This document shows, piece after piece, positions 29,594 through 41,026 of a DNA stretch of 64,000 bases (position 1 is its first letter; each line of letters opens with the position of its first letter). Source of the DNA: Alphaproteobacteria bacterium (lineage in GTDB: Bacteria > Pseudomonadota > Alphaproteobacteria > UBA828); contig CAXXVO010000009.1 in the NCBI GenBank assembly GCA_963422645.2, positions 224,001-288,000 on the forward strand, written 5' to 3'. The translations under genes and the position numbers were made by a program. A model generated the notes under the pieces. That model made no database searches. It was not told where the DNA came from and worked only from the letters and a program-made list of their open reading frames with translations.

Positions 29594-30475
29594 ATGCGCC
29601 GCACCCTCGTCCCCGCAGGCGGCGGCATCGACAGCACCGCCCTCGCCCTCCTCGTCCTGCGCGAGACCGAAGACGAGGTCGTCCTCTCCTGCTACCGCGA
29701 GCCCGCCCGCGAACTCCCGGAGCGCATCGCCCGCGAGCAGGCCGCAAGCGAGGCCGTCGCAGACTGGCTCTCCCGCAACGTCCGGCCCGTGCGCCACGTC
29801 AGCCGCGACGCCCTGCGCGTGGAGACCGGCCCCCGCGCAAGATGGCCAATTCGGGACGGGAGAGGATGGGAGGGCGTCTGCGACCCCACATTCGGCCCCT
29901 GGGGCATCGACCGATACGCAACCCACGCCGACGAGGCCGAGCGCCACCGCGCCGACCGGGTGATGCCCGGCATCACCTCGTGGGACACCGCCGACGACAT
30001 GCACCGCATGTACTGGTATCCCGTCTACCGCGCGCGCACCGCCGTCCCCATGGAACTCCCCTTCTTCCCCGGCTGGGAGGACGGCGCGCAGTGGCCGCCG
30101 TCGCGGGACGACCCCTTCGGACCCGTCGCCGGGCGCTTCATGCTCCAGGCCCTGCTCCCGCCCGGGCTGGAGGCGCTCACCTGGCGATGCACCGTCGCGG
30201 CAGAGCCCTGCGGACGCTGCCCCCGATGCCGCCTCAACGCCTTCTTCGAGCGCTTCTGCCGGGGACGCCCGGCGGACGGGATCGCCCGCATCGACGACGC
30301 CCTCGAACGACACCGCGGCGCAGGCCGATGGTACGCCGACGCCGACCCCGGAAGATGGACCGGTCACGACGGATACGACGCCGCAGAACGCGCCGTCGAA
30401 GACCCCGAATGGTGGAAGGCCGAACTCGAACGCCCGTGCCGCCCCGGCGCCCGCCCCGGTCCCGACCGCGCCTGA
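29594..30475 (+). CDS. QueC-like PP-loop ATPase with C-terminal Cys cluster
   Basis: AGGGIDST (variant of SGGxDS) and TWRC...PCGRCPRC. Confidence 0.7.
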   Translation: MRRTLVPAGGGIDSTALALLVLRETEDEVVLSCYREPARELPERIAREQAASEAVADWLSRNVRPVRHVSRDALRVETGPRARWPIRDGRGWEGVCDPTFGPWGIDRYATHADEAERHRADRVMPGITSWDTADDMHRMYWYPVYRARTAVPMELPFFPGWEDGAQWPPSRDDPFGPVAGRFMLQALLPPGLEALTWRCTVAAEPCGRCPRCRLNAFFERFCRGRPADGIARIDDALERHRGAGRWYADADPGRWTGHDGYDAAERAVEDPEWWKAELERPCRPGARPGPDRA

Positions 30476-30597
30476 AACCCTCACGCACCGCCCGTGCACG
30501 GGCCCTGAACCCCCCGCGCAGCGCTCCTTCACGGCCCATGCACAGGCCGGTTTTTCCAGCCCGATTCAGCCCCGAAAACCAGACGATTTTCCAGGCC

Positions 30598-30647
30598 ATT
30601 CGCAAAGACTTCCGGCCGCGATTCGCAAAGACTTTCGGCCGGCTACA
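30598..30647 (-). repeat. Transposon end: two 21-bp direct repeats and terminal ACA (TGT on minus strand)
   Basis: ATTCGCAAAGACTT(C/T)CGGCCG at 30598-30618 and 30621-30641. Confidence 0.8.
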
Positions 30648-32960
30648 GCCGCCCTTCACACCGTACTCGGTGAAGGGGGACGGCGTCTCGACATGGCCGA
30701 CGACGATTTCGACCGGCGACTCCTTGATGGTCGGGATTAAGTAGTCGGTCCAGAGCGCGGTCGTAAGTTGGCCCGCCTCGTCGTAACTGAATTCCTCGAA
30801 GAGCGCCGTGCCGATGCCGTTCACCGTGCCGCCCCGGATGTGCCCCTCCAGCGTCATCGGGTTCACCATCGTGCCGCAGTCGTGCACGGCGGCGTAGTGG
30901 AGGAAGTGCACCTGCCCGGTCTCGATATCCACCTCGACCACCGGGATGTGACAGCTGTGGCCCATGATCGGGTAGAAGATCCCCATGTGACGCTCCTCGG
31001 GGTCCGGGAGCGTCGTCACCGGATGGTCGTAGACATAGGTCGCGTCGAGCCCGCTGGTGAGGTCGAGGTCCTCGGGCATGCTGAGCCGGTAGTAGTGCGC
31101 CTTATCGGCGAGCTCGGCGATGCTCATCTTCATGTCGGGCACGCCCTTGACCTGCACCGCGCCGTCCTGAAGCGTGAGATCGCGGACATCGGCCTCCATC
31201 AGATGGGCAGCGATGCGAAGCAGCTTCTCGCGAATCTTGCCGGCCGCGCCGACGATGGCGCCGGTCACCATGACCGTGAAGCGGCTGCCGCCCGGCCCGG
31301 TCGAGTTGAGGCCCTGGTCGGTATCCGAATAGGTGATCTCGATATCCGAGGGGTCGATGGTGAGCTGCTCGGCCAGCACCTGGGCCGCCACCGTCTCCGG
31401 GCTGTTGCCCCAGAAGGGCGAGTGCAGGGTGACGAAGGCCTTGCCGGTGGGGTCGATCTTGACCGAGACCCCGTCCGGGGAGCTGGTCCACTCGACACCG
31501 GGCTCCAGGTTCCACATCCAGAACTCGGTGGCGCTGAAGACGCTTCGCTCCTGACAGGAGGCGACGCCGATGCCGATGTAGCGGCCCTCCTTGCGCGCTT
31601 CGGCCTGCTTCGCCCGCCAGCCGTCCAAGTCGGCCAACTTCAGCGTCTCTTCGAGAACGGCCTGATAGTTGCCGCTGTCGTACATGTTCCCAGTCGGGAT
31701 CAGGTAGGGGAACTGGTCCGGCTGGATGAAGTTCTGACGCCTGAGCACGATCCGGTCGACACCGAGCTCGTCGGCCGCTGCATCCACGAGCCTCTCGATG
31801 ACGAAGTTCGCGACCTCGGAGCCGAAGCCGCGATAGGCGCCCTGCTGGCACTTGTTGGTCAGCACCGCGGCGAGATCGACCTCGACGCTGTTGATGCGGT
31901 AGGGGCCTACGCATTGCGAGAGCGCGTTGCCGTGCTGGCCGACACCGAACTGCAGGTATGCGCCGTAATCGTCGATGATCCGGGTCTTGAGGCTGAGCAG
32001 CGTGCCATCGCGCTTGAGCGCGAGCTTGGCGTAGTAGACCCGGTCGGAGGCGTGGTTGTCGCAGCTCGTGGTGTTGTCGATCCGGTCTTCCATGAACTTG
32101 ACCGGCCGGGCAGTCGCGCGCGCCAGCACCGCCGCTAGTACCGGGACCTTGTGCACGAACATCTTGCTGCCGAAGCTGCCGCCCGCGAGCGTCGGTACGA
32201 TGTTGAGCTTGTGGGGCGCGACGCGGAGCGTGCTCGCGATCATCCAGCCGCAGTAGTTGTACATCGACGTGTTGCACTGGATGGTGAAGCGCCCCGCGCC
32301 CTCGTCGAAGCTCGCGACAGCGCCCACAGTCTCCAGCGGCTGGCCGCCTGAGCGCGGCCAGCGGAAGCGGCGCTCGATGACCAGGTCCGCAGCGGCGAAA
32401 TCTTCTTCCACCGGCCCGAAGGTGAGCTTGCGCTCGAGCCCGATGTTGGTGTCGCCGCGCTCGGGGTGGAGGACGGCATCGCCCGTGGACGTCAACGCCT
32501 CCTCGGGATCGACCACCGGGGGCAGCGGCTCGTATTCAACCTCGATCAGGTCGCACGCGTCCTCGGCGATGTAGCGGTCCTCCGCCGCCACCGCCACCAC
32601 CGCCTCGCCGACGTGGCGCACCCGGTCGTCGGCGATGACGCGCTGGAGCACCGGCGGACTCGCCCAGGTGGGGAGCGGATCGCACACCTCGGCGGCGTCG
32701 GCGCCGGTCATCACGCAGAGCACGCCGGGGAGCGCGGCCGCCTTGCTCACGTCGATGGAGACGATCCGTGCATGGGCGTGGGGGCTGCGCAGCACCGCGG
32801 CGTGCGCCATCTCCGGCATGTTGATATCGTCGGCATAGACGCCCTTGCCGACGAGGAGGCGCGGATCCTCCACCCGCTTCATGCTCTTGCCGATCCATTG
32901 CAGGTCGGCGCGGGGCTTCTCGCGCTGCCGGCTCTCGGGGATGTGACCGCGATCGGTCAT
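30648..32960 (-). pseudogene. Xanthine dehydrogenase-family molybdopterin large subunit, 3'-truncated
   Basis: GGSFGSK, QQGAYRGFG; similarity with the paralogue at 38058-40532 stops at EYGVKGG. Confidence 0.88.
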
Positions 32961-33439
32961 GCGCCCTCCTCCCGCATCAGCCGCGCCGCGTGCTGGATCG
33001 ACTCCACGATTGTCTGATACCCGGTACAGCGGCAGAGGTTGCCGGAGATCGCGTCCCGGATGTCTTCGACCGAAGGGTCCGGGTTCGCCTCCAAGAGTTC
33101 GACGGCGGTCATCAGTATCCCCGGTGTGCAGAAGCCGCATTGCAGGCCGTGCTTCTCCCAAAACGCCTGCTGCACCGGGTGCATCGCATCCACCGTGCCG
33201 AGCCCCTCGATGGTCTCGATCTCGGAACCGTCCGCCATCACCGCGAAGGTCAGGCAGGAACGGGCCGTCACCCCATCCATCATCACGGTGCAGGAGCCGC
33301 AGACGCCGTGCTCGCAGCCGACATGGGTGCCGGTGAGGCGCAAATCGTCGCGCAGGAAGTCGCTGAGCAGCCGCCGGGGCTCGACCGCGCGCTCGTAGGC
33401 CTTGCCGTTGACGGTGACGCTGATCGTCTCGCGCTCCAT
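32957..33439 (-). CDS. 2Fe-2S small subunit (CoxS/CutS family)
   Basis: [26 protein letters not shown]. Confidence 0.95.
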   Translation of the reverse strand: MERETISVTVNGKAYERAVEPRRLLSDFLRDDLRLTGTHVGCEHGVCGSCTVMMDGVTARSCLTFAVMADGSEIETIEGLGTVDAMHPVQQAFWEKHGLQCGFCTPGILMTAVELLEANPDPSVEDIRDAISGNLCRCTGYQTIVESIQHAARLMREEGA

Positions 33440-33449
33440 GGCTTTCCCC

Positions 33450-34307
33450 TCAGCCGCAGCGCTCGGCGGCCCGGCGCACCGTCCGCCCGGTCAACACGGC
33501 GATCGCGTCCCGCCGATAGGCGGCGTCGGCGTGGCTGTCGCTGTGCGGATTGACCGCGCCCGCGGCGGCCGCCGCAGCGGCATCGACGCGCGCATTGTCG
33601 ATCGGCCCGCCGATGAGAACATTCTCCGCCGCTGTGAGTCTGGCCGCCTTCTCGCCGACCCCGCTCGCCACCACGCGGGCCGCCTCGCAGCGCCCCTTCG
33701 CAAGCCGCAGCGTGGTCGCGACCACGGCGATGGCGAAGTCGCCGTGCCGGTTGCTGATCTCGGCGAAGGCCCAACCGTCGGCGCCGCGGCCGGGAATGCG
33801 AATCTCCACCAGCATCTCGTCCTGTCGCCGCGCCGTCTCGTAGGTGCCGAGGAAGAAGTCCTCCGCCCCGACCTCGCGGCGACCGCTCACGCTCCGCAAC
33901 ACCAGCGTCGCGCCTGTGGCAACCATCACCGCCGGCGTCTCCGACGACGGATCGGCGTGGCAGAGATTGCCGCCGAGGGTGCCGCGATTGCGCACGGTAT
34001 GGTGCGCGATCGATTCGTAAGCCTCAGTCAGCAGCGGGCAGCGCGCCTGAACCAGCGGGGAGTGCTTCACGTCGTTGTGCCGTGCCAGCGCGCCGATGGC
34101 GATGCCGTCGCCATCCTCCCGGATGTAGGCGATGTCGGGCACGCGGTTGATGTCGATGAGGCAGGCGGGCTTGACCATCCTGAGGTTCATCAAGGGGATC
34201 AGGCTCTGGCCGCCGGCCAGGATTTGGGCGTCTTGGTTGTCGGCAAGCGCCTGGAGCGCGTCGTCGACGCTCGCAGCGCGCAGGTAGCGGAAGCGTGCGG
34301 GTTTCAT
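33450..34307 (-). CDS. FAD-binding medium subunit (CoxM/CutM family)
   Basis: LAGGQSL, VRNRGTLGGN, HADP. Confidence 0.95.
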   Translation of the reverse strand: MKPARFRYLRAASVDDALQALADNQDAQILAGGQSLIPLMNLRMVKPACLIDINRVPDIAYIREDGDGIAIGALARHNDVKHSPLVQARCPLLTEAYESIAHHTVRNRGTLGGNLCHADPSSETPAVMVATGATLVLRSVSGRREVGAEDFFLGTYETARRQDEMLVEIRIPGRGADGWAFAEISNRHGDFAIAVVATTLRLAKGRCEAARVVASGVGEKAARLTAAENVLIGGPIDNARVDAAAAAAAGAVNPHSDSHADAAYRRDAIAVLTGRTVRRAAERCG

Positions 34308-35104
34308 TGTGCGAGCGCCTCGCGGACCGCTCGCCTCGCTATCACGCCGATGAGGTGCGCGCGGTAGTCCCTGTCGGCGTGGAGATCCTCGTTGAGGTCG
34401 TCGCTTGCCACCGCGATGCCCTCGAGAGCCTCTTCGGCGAAGTTGGCAACGAGCGCCCCTTCCATCTCCGCCACGCGGAAGACGTGGGGCCTAGCGCCGG
34501 TGACCGCGAGGCGTACCGAGCTGCCCGAGAGCGATACCATCACCGCGACGATCGCGAAGCGCGAGGCCTGGTTGCCGAACTTGGCCCAGCCCGCACGCTC
34601 AGGCACCAGGAAGTCGACCGAGACCACGACCTCGCCATCCTCAAGCGCGGTCTCGTAGAGCCCGGTGAAGAAGTCGTCGGCGGCGATGGAGCGCCGGTCG
34701 GTATTGACTGTGGCGCCAAGGCCGAGCAGGCCAGCCGGGTAATCCGCCGCCGGGTCGGCGAAGCAGATCGAGCCGCCGATGGTGCCGCGGTTGCGCACCT
34801 GCACATCGCCGATGGAGCCCGCGAGCGCCGCGAGCGCCGGGATCGCCTCCCTTACCGCGGGCGACTCCGCGACCGCCACGTGCCGTGTCATCGCACCGAT
34901 CCGAACGTGCCCGCCGTCCCGCTCGATCCCGGCCAGCGCCTCGATGCCGTTGAGGTCGATGAGGTCGGCGCACGAAGCGAGACGGAAGCGCATGGTCGGG
35001 AGCAGGCTCATGCCGCCCGCGAGCGGACGGCCGTCCTCGCTCGCGGCGAGCCGGGCCTTGGCGTCATCGAGCGAGACGGGCCGGTGGTAGCTGAAGGGAT
35101 ACAT
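34304..35104 (-). CDS. FAD-binding medium subunit (form II CoxM-like)
   Basis: LAGGMSL, VRNRGTIGGS, DPAADYP. Confidence 0.93.
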   Translation of the reverse strand: MYPFSYHRPVSLDDAKARLAASEDGRPLAGGMSLLPTMRFRLASCADLIDLNGIEALAGIERDGGHVRIGAMTRHVAVAESPAVREAIPALAALAGSIGDVQVRNRGTIGGSICFADPAADYPAGLLGLGATVNTDRRSIAADDFFTGLYETALEDGEVVVSVDFLVPERAGWAKFGNQASRFAIVAVMVSLSGSSVRLAVTGARPHVFRVAEMEGALVANFAEEALEGIAVASDDLNEDLHADRDYRAHLIGVIARRAVREALAQ

Positions 35105-35116
35105 CGCTTCCTCCCC

Positions 35117-35620
35117 TCAGCCGTTGTCTTTGCGCCCGCGCGCGTGGGCGCGCGACGCCTCAGCACCGGCCGCGATCGATGCGACGATGTTGTGATAGCC
35201 CGTGCAGCGGCAGAGATTGCCTTCGAGCTCGCTGCGGATCGTCGCCTCGTCCGGCGCCTCGTGGCGCTTCGCGATGTCGATCCCCATCATCACCATGCCG
35301 GGCGTACAGAAGCCGCACTGCAGGCCGTGATGCTCCCTGAAGGCGGCCTGCATCGGGTGCATCCCGTCCGGACCGGCGATGCCCTCGATGGTGGTCACCT
35401 CGGCACCCTCCAGCTGCACCGCGAGCAGGGCGCAGGACTTCGCCGGCGTACCGTCCAGATGCACCGTGCAGGCGCCGCACTGGCTGGTATCGCAGCCGAT
35501 ATGGGTGCCGGTGAGCTTGAGGTTCTCGCGCAGGAAGTGGGCGAGGAGAGTGCGCGGATCGACCGTCGCCGTGACCTCCCGGCCGTTCACGGTGAAGCTG
35601 ACTGACACCTTATCCATCAC
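35117..35620 (-). CDS. 2Fe-2S small subunit (CoxS-like)
   Basis: [26 protein letters not shown]. Confidence 0.95.
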   Translation of the reverse strand: MMDKVSVSFTVNGREVTATVDPRTLLAHFLRENLKLTGTHIGCDTSQCGACTVHLDGTPAKSCALLAVQLEGAEVTTIEGIAGPDGMHPMQAAFREHHGLQCGFCTPGMVMMGIDIAKRHEAPDEATIRSELEGNLCRCTGYHNIVASIAAGAEASRAHARGRKDNG

Positions 35621-35645
35621 CTCTGCCTCAGCCCCGATCCCGGCC

Positions 35646-38015
35646 CTAGTGCCGCGCCCGCTTCGCGTCTTCGATGGCGCGCCAGATCTTCCTGGGTGTC
35701 ATCGGCTGCGTGATCTGGCGCACGCCGAGATGCCAGAGCGCGTCGGTCACCCCGTTGCAGATGCAGGCGGGCGCGCCGATGGTACCGCTCTCGCCCGCGC
35801 CCTTGGCGCCGAGCGGGTTGCCCAACGCCCGCGTGAAGTGGGAATCGAGGCCGAAGGAGGGCACGTCCTCCGCATGGGGTATGGCGTAGTCCATGAAGGT
35901 GCCCGAAAGATATTGGCCGCTCTCGGCATCGTAGGCGCATTCTTCCATCAGCGCCTGGCCGATGCCCTGGACCAGCCCGCCGTGGACCTGCCCGTGCAGC
36001 ACCATGGGGTTGATGACCGTGCCGACATCGTCCACCGCCCAGTAATTGCGGAGCGTTACCGCGCAGGTCTCGGGATCGACCAGCACGACGCAGAGATGGA
36101 CGGCCGAGGGATAGGTGCAGTCGGCGGGGTCGAAGAACGAGGTCTCTTCAAGCCCGATCTCCAGATCAGGCGGCCGGTCGCCGGAATGATAGGAGGCGTT
36201 GGCTACCTCCGAGAACGCGAGCTTGCGGTCAGTCCCCTTGACCGTGAACTCGCCCTCGGCGAGGTCGAGGTCTTCCGGCGCGCACTCCATCATGTGCGCC
36301 GCGAGCCGCTTGGCCTTCGCCACCACCCGATCGGCGGCGGTGTAGACCGCCATGCCGGCGGTCGACAGCGAGCGCGAGCCCCAGGTGCCGATGCCCATGG
36401 GCACGCGGTCGGTATCGCCCTCCACCAGGTCGATATGGTCGATGTCGCAGCCGAGCCTGTCGGCCGCGATCTGGCTCCAGGTGGTCTCGTGGCCCTGCCC
36501 GTGGCTGTGGCTGCCGGCGAAGACGGTGATGCGCCCGTCCGGGTGCACGCGGACGCTGGCCACGTCGTAGCAGCCGACCTTGGCGCCGAGGTCGTTCATC
36601 ATCTTCACGGGGCCGGCGCCGGCCATGTCGAAGAAGGCCGAGATGCCGATGCCCATCCACTGGCCCTCCGCCCTGAGCTTGGCTTGCTCGGCGCGGAGCG
36701 TGTCGTAGTTGGAGAGCGCCTTGGTCTTCTCCATGAGCGCCGGCGGGTCGCCCGAATCGTAGGTGATCCCGAGCGCGGTCTGGAAGGGGAATTTTTGGGG
36801 CGGGATCAGGTTGCGGGCGCGGAGCTCCAGCGGATCGATGCCCATCTCCTGAGCGCCGTTCTCTATCATGCGCTCGACCTGATAGACCGCCTCGGGCCGC
36901 CCAGCCCCGCGATAGGCGTCCACCGGCGTCGCGTTGGTGTAGACCGCGCGCACCGTCGTGTGGATCGCCGGGATGTCGTAGGCGCAGGACAGCATTGTGA
37001 AGTGATAGCCGTTGGTGATGCTCGCCTGCCACTGGCTCTCATAGGCGCCGAAGGCGGCGAGCGTCTCGAACTTCACGCCGAGAATCTTGCCGCTCTCGTC
37101 GAAGCCCATGCGGCCCACCGTGTGGTGGTCCCTCGCGTGCGTGTCGCCCAGCAGGCATTCGGAGCGCGTGCCCACCCAGCGCACGGGCCGGTCGCAGGCG
37201 ATGGCGCCCCAGAGCACCAGCGCCTCCTCGGGGTAGTGGTAGAGCTTCATCCCGAAGCCGCCGCCGACATCGGGCGCGATCACCCTGAGCTTGTGCTCTG
37301 GAATGTGCAGCGACTTGGTGAAGTAGCGGCGCACGATGTGCGGCGCCTGGTTGGTGGTCCACACCGTGTAGCGGTCGTTCACCCTGTCGTAGTGTCCCAG
37401 GTAGCAGCGGGGCTCCATGGAGGCGGCGGTGATGCGGTTGGAGGGCACCACGACCTCGGTCACGTGATGGGCGGCAGCCAGCGCGGCCTCGGTCTCCTCC
37501 TTGCGCCCGTGCTCGGTAACCAGCACCTCGTTGGTGCCGAATGCGGGATGCACGAGCGGGGTCTCGGGGTCGAGCGCCCTGGCGGTGACGGTGTTGGCCG
37601 GCTTCTCCTCGTAACCGACCTCGATGGCCTCGGCGGCGTCGAGCGCCTGGTGGCGGTCCTCGGCCACGACCATGGCGACAATCTCGCCGACGCAGCGCAC
37701 CACGCCATCGACACAAATCAGCGGCCTGTAAGCGGATCGAGCCTCCGCGCCGCTCCTGTCCTTGACCGGCCACACGCCCTCGGCATCGCCGTGGCCGGCA
37801 GCGGTCCAGTCTTCGCCCGTGAGCACCGCGAGCACGCCAGGCATCGCCGCGGCCTGCGCGGTCTCGACCCGCGTCACCGCCGCGTGGGCATGGGGAGTGC
37901 GGACGAAGGCGGCATGGGCAATGGGCTGGTCGAGGGTCACATCCTCGACGAAGCGCCCGCGCCCCCGAAGGAAGCGCTCATCCTCCCGGCGCAGAATCGC
38001 CTGCCCGATATACAT
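35646..38015 (-). CDS. Molybdopterin large subunit, form II CoxL-like
   Basis: [29 protein letters not shown]. Confidence 0.93.
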   Translation of the reverse strand: MYIGQAILRREDERFLRGRGRFVEDVTLDQPIAHAAFVRTPHAHAAVTRVETAQAAAMPGVLAVLTGEDWTAAGHGDAEGVWPVKDRSGAEARSAYRPLICVDGVVRCVGEIVAMVVAEDRHQALDAAEAIEVGYEEKPANTVTARALDPETPLVHPAFGTNEVLVTEHGRKEETEAALAAAHHVTEVVVPSNRITAASMEPRCYLGHYDRVNDRYTVWTTNQAPHIVRRYFTKSLHIPEHKLRVIAPDVGGGFGMKLYHYPEEALVLWGAIACDRPVRWVGTRSECLLGDTHARDHHTVGRMGFDESGKILGVKFETLAAFGAYESQWQASITNGYHFTMLSCAYDIPAIHTTVRAVYTNATPVDAYRGAGRPEAVYQVERMIENGAQEMGIDPLELRARNLIPPQKFPFQTALGITYDSGDPPALMEKTKALSNYDTLRAEQAKLRAEGQWMGIGISAFFDMAGAGPVKMMNDLGAKVGCYDVASVRVHPDGRITVFAGSHSHGQGHETTWSQIAADRLGCDIDHIDLVEGDTDRVPMGIGTWGSRSLSTAGMAVYTAADRVVAKAKRLAAHMMECAPEDLDLAEGEFTVKGTDRKLAFSEVANASYHSGDRPPDLEIGLEETSFFDPADCTYPSAVHLCVVLVDPETCAVTLRNYWAVDDVGTVINPMVLHGQVHGGLVQGIGQALMEECAYDAESGQYLSGTFMDYAIPHAEDVPSFGLDSHFTRALGNPLGAKGAGESGTIGAPACICNGVTDALWHLGVRQITQPMTPRKIWRAIEDAKRARH

Positions 38016-38057
38016 GGCCCCCCTCCCCTGGCGCGCCGCTCTTGTCGGATCAGTCGT

Positions 38058-40532
38058 TCAGGCGGCGCTCCGCTGCTCCGCCTCGCGGATCATGCCGCGT
38101 AGCACCTTGGGCGTGAGGGGGAGCGATTCCACCTTGATTCCCAAGGGCTTGAGCGCGTCCTCGATGGCAGTTGCGATTGCTGGCGGGGCGCCCATGCGGC
38201 CGCCTTCGCCGCCGCCCTTGATGCCGTACTCGGTGAAGGGGGAGGGCGTCTCCACGTGGCCTACGCGGATGTCGACCGGCGTCTCCATCGGGGTCGGGTG
38301 CAGGTAGTCGCTCAAGAGCGCGTTCTGCAGCTGGCCGTTCTCGTCATAGTGGAAGTGCTCGTAGAGGGCGCTGCCGATGCCGTTCACCGTGCCGCCCCGC
38401 ACGTGGCCGGCGAGCGTCATCGGGTTGACCATGGTGCCGCAGTCGTGGACCGCCACGTAGTCCAAAAACTCGACCTTGCCGGTCTCGATATCCACCTCGA
38501 CCACCGGGATGTGACACATGTGGCCAACGATCGGGTAGAAGATGCCGAGATCGGTGCGGTCCTCCGACGGCATGGTCGTGACCGGGTGGTCGTAGACGTA
38601 GGCTGCGTCGATGCCGCTGGTGAGGTCGTGGTCCTCCGGCAGGTCCAGCCTGAAATAGTGGGCGTGGAGCGCCACCTCGGCCAGCGTCTTCTCCTTGCCG
38701 GGCACGCCCTGGACGCCGATCGAGCCCGCGCGGAACTCGAGATCGCTCGGGTCCGCCTCCAGCATGTGGCTCGCGACCCGCAGCATCTTCTCCTTGATCA
38801 CGTCGGCAGCACCGCTGACGGCGCCCGCGATCATCACCGTGAAGCGGCTGCCGCCCGGGCCTGACGAGTTGAAGCCCTTGTCGGAATCGGCGTAGCCGAC
38901 GGAGATGTCCGCCGGGTCCATCTCCAGCTTTTCGGCCAGCACCTGGACCGCCATCGTCTCCGGACTGTTGCCCCAGAAGGGCGCGTTCAGCGTGATGAAG
39001 GCCTTGCCGGTGGGGTCGATGTTGACGGCTACGCTTTCCGGCGAGCTCGAGAGCGTGAAGCCCGGGGTCTCGTTCGGATTCCACATCCAGAACTCGGTGG
39101 CGCTGAAGACGCTCCGCTCCTGGCAGGTGGAGATGCCGATGCCGATGTAGCGGCCCTCCTTGCGCGCCTCCGCCTGCTTCTGGCGCCAGCCCTCGTAGTC
39201 CATCATCGCCAGCGCCTTGTCGAGCACGGCGTGGTAGTTGCCGCTGTCGTACATGTTGCCGGTCGGCATGATGTAGGGGAACTGGTCCTGCTCGATCAGG
39301 TTCTGCCGGCGCAGCGCGATGGGATCGATGTCGAGCTCCTCGCAGGCGGCATCGACCAGACGCTCGATCACGAAATTGCCGACCTCCGAGCCGAAGCCGC
39401 GATAGGCCCCCTGCTGGCACTTGTTGGTGAACACGGCGGTGAGATCGACCTGGACGCTTTTGATCTTGTAGGGGCCGGTCACCTGCGCCATGGCGTTGCC
39501 GTGCTGGCCGACGCCGAACTGGAAGTAGGCGCCGTAATCGTCGATCACCTTGAGCCGCATGCTCAGCATCGTGCCGTCGCGTTTCAGCGCGAGCTGGGCG
39601 TCATAGAGGCGGTCCGACCCGTGGGCGTCGCCGCTCGTCATGTTGTCGATGCGGTCTTCCAGATACTTCACCGGCCGGCCGGCGGCGCGCGCGAGCGTGC
39701 CGGCCAGCGTGCAGACCTTGTGGCAGAAGAGCTTGCTGCCGAAGCTGCCGCCGGCGTCGGTGGGCACGATGTTGAGCCGGTGGGGCTCGACCTTGAGCGA
39801 GACCGCGATCAGCCAGCCGACGTAGTTGTACATCGAGGTGTTGGCGTGGATCGTGAACTTGCCGGTGCCGCGGTCGTAGTGCGCGGTGGCGCCGACGGTC
39901 TCGATCGGCGTGCCGCCGGAGCGCGGCCAGCGCAGCCTGCGCTCGATCACCAGATCGGCGGCGGCGAAATCCTCGTCCACCGTGCCGAAGTCGATGAGGC
40001 GATGGTGCGCGACGTTGGTGTCGCCACGCTCGGGATGGAGCACGGCATCGCCGGTGGAGGTCACCGCCTCCTCGAGGTCGACCACCGCCGGCAACGGATC
40101 GTATTCGACCTCGATCAGCTCGCAGGCGTCCTCGGCGATATAGCGGCTCTCCGCCACCACAGCGGCGACCGCCTCGCCCACGTGACGTACCTTTTCCACG
40201 GCGATGCAGTGCTGCGTCGTGGGCGGGCTGGAGAAATCGGCGCAGGGCCCCGTCACCTCCGCCGCCTCCGCGCCGGTCATGACGCAGAGCACGCCCGGCA
40301 GCGCCTCCGCCCTGGACTTGTCGATGCTCACGATGCGGGCGTGGGCGTGCGGGCTGCGGAGCACCGCCGCGTGCGCCATGTTGGGCAGCGACACGTCGTC
40401 GGCATAGGTGCCGGAGCCGGTGAGCAGACGGGTGTCCTCCACCCGCTTCATGCTGTGCCCGATGGCGAAATACTTGGACTTGGGCTTCTCGCGCTGACGC
40501 GATTCTGGGATGTAGTGGCGCTCGCGGGTCAT
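38058..40532 (-). CDS. Xanthine dehydrogenase-family molybdopterin large subunit
   Basis: GGSFGSK, QQGAYRGFG, KGGGEGG. Confidence 0.94.
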   Translation of the reverse strand: MTRERHYIPESRQREKPKSKYFAIGHSMKRVEDTRLLTGSGTYADDVSLPNMAHAAVLRSPHAHARIVSIDKSRAEALPGVLCVMTGAEAAEVTGPCADFSSPPTTQHCIAVEKVRHVGEAVAAVVAESRYIAEDACELIEVEYDPLPAVVDLEEAVTSTGDAVLHPERGDTNVAHHRLIDFGTVDEDFAAADLVIERRLRWPRSGGTPIETVGATAHYDRGTGKFTIHANTSMYNYVGWLIAVSLKVEPHRLNIVPTDAGGSFGSKLFCHKVCTLAGTLARAAGRPVKYLEDRIDNMTSGDAHGSDRLYDAQLALKRDGTMLSMRLKVIDDYGAYFQFGVGQHGNAMAQVTGPYKIKSVQVDLTAVFTNKCQQGAYRGFGSEVGNFVIERLVDAACEELDIDPIALRRQNLIEQDQFPYIMPTGNMYDSGNYHAVLDKALAMMDYEGWRQKQAEARKEGRYIGIGISTCQERSVFSATEFWMWNPNETPGFTLSSSPESVAVNIDPTGKAFITLNAPFWGNSPETMAVQVLAEKLEMDPADISVGYADSDKGFNSSGPGGSRFTVMIAGAVSGAADVIKEKMLRVASHMLEADPSDLEFRAGSIGVQGVPGKEKTLAEVALHAHYFRLDLPEDHDLTSGIDAAYVYDHPVTTMPSEDRTDLGIFYPIVGHMCHIPVVEVDIETGKVEFLDYVAVHDCGTMVNPMTLAGHVRGGTVNGIGSALYEHFHYDENGQLQNALLSDYLHPTPMETPVDIRVGHVETPSPFTEYGIKGGGEGGRMGAPPAIATAIEDALKPLGIKVESLPLTPKVLRGMIREAEQRSAA

Positions 40533-41014
40533 TGCCCCTCTCCCTGCATCCGTTCGGCTGCGGCCTGCACCGCCTCCACGATGGTCTGATAACCGGTGCA
40601 ACGGCAGAGATTGCTCGAGATTGCCTCGCGGATGTCGTCGAGGCTCGGGTTGGGCGTGCTCTCAAGCAGTTCGACTGCCGTCATCAGCATTCCGGGGGTG
40701 CAGAAGCCGCATTGCAGGCCGTGCTTCTCCCAGAAGGCCTCCTGCAGCGGGTGCATGTCGTCGACACCGCCGAGGCCCTCGATGGTGCGGACCTCCGATC
40801 CCGCCGCCTGGACGGCGAACATCAGGCAGGAGCGCGCGGCCTCGCCGTTGACCAGCACGGTGCAGGCGCCGCAGACCCCGTGCTCGCAGCCGACGTGGGT
40901 GCCGGTGAGCCCGAGCCGCTCGCGCAGGAAGTCGCTCAACAGCATGCGCGGCTCGGCCTCGCCGGCGCGGCGCTCGCCGTTGACGACAAGCTCGACGTTA
41001 CGTGGCGTCGTCAT
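40529..41014 (-). CDS. 2Fe-2S small subunit (CoxS/CutS family)
   Basis: [26 protein letters not shown]. Confidence 0.95.
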   Translation of the reverse strand: MTTPRNVELVVNGERRAGEAEPRMLLSDFLRERLGLTGTHVGCEHGVCGACTVLVNGEAARSCLMFAVQAAGSEVRTIEGLGGVDDMHPLQEAFWEKHGLQCGFCTPGMLMTAVELLESTPNPSLDDIREAISSNLCRCTGYQTIVEAVQAAAERMQGEGQ

Positions 41015-41026
41015 CTCCGCCTCCCA

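Larger units (their letters stand above)
25302..30647 (-). mobile_element. Partial Mu/Tn7/IS21-like transposon (DDE transposase plus ATPases) with internal cargo
   Basis: TGT end at 30647 with tandem 21-bp repeats; co-oriented Cys-rich protein, DDE transposase and two ATPases; other end not found. Confidence 0.7.

Noticed and set aside
30234-30647. C-terminal extension of the 975-aa Mo-hydroxylase ORF
   Set aside because: Read-through into the transposon end; Arg-rich non-protein-like sequence.
35646-38015. Bona fide form I CO dehydrogenase
   Set aside because: Active-site motif is AYRGAGR, not AYxCSFR, and no coxDEFG genes are present.
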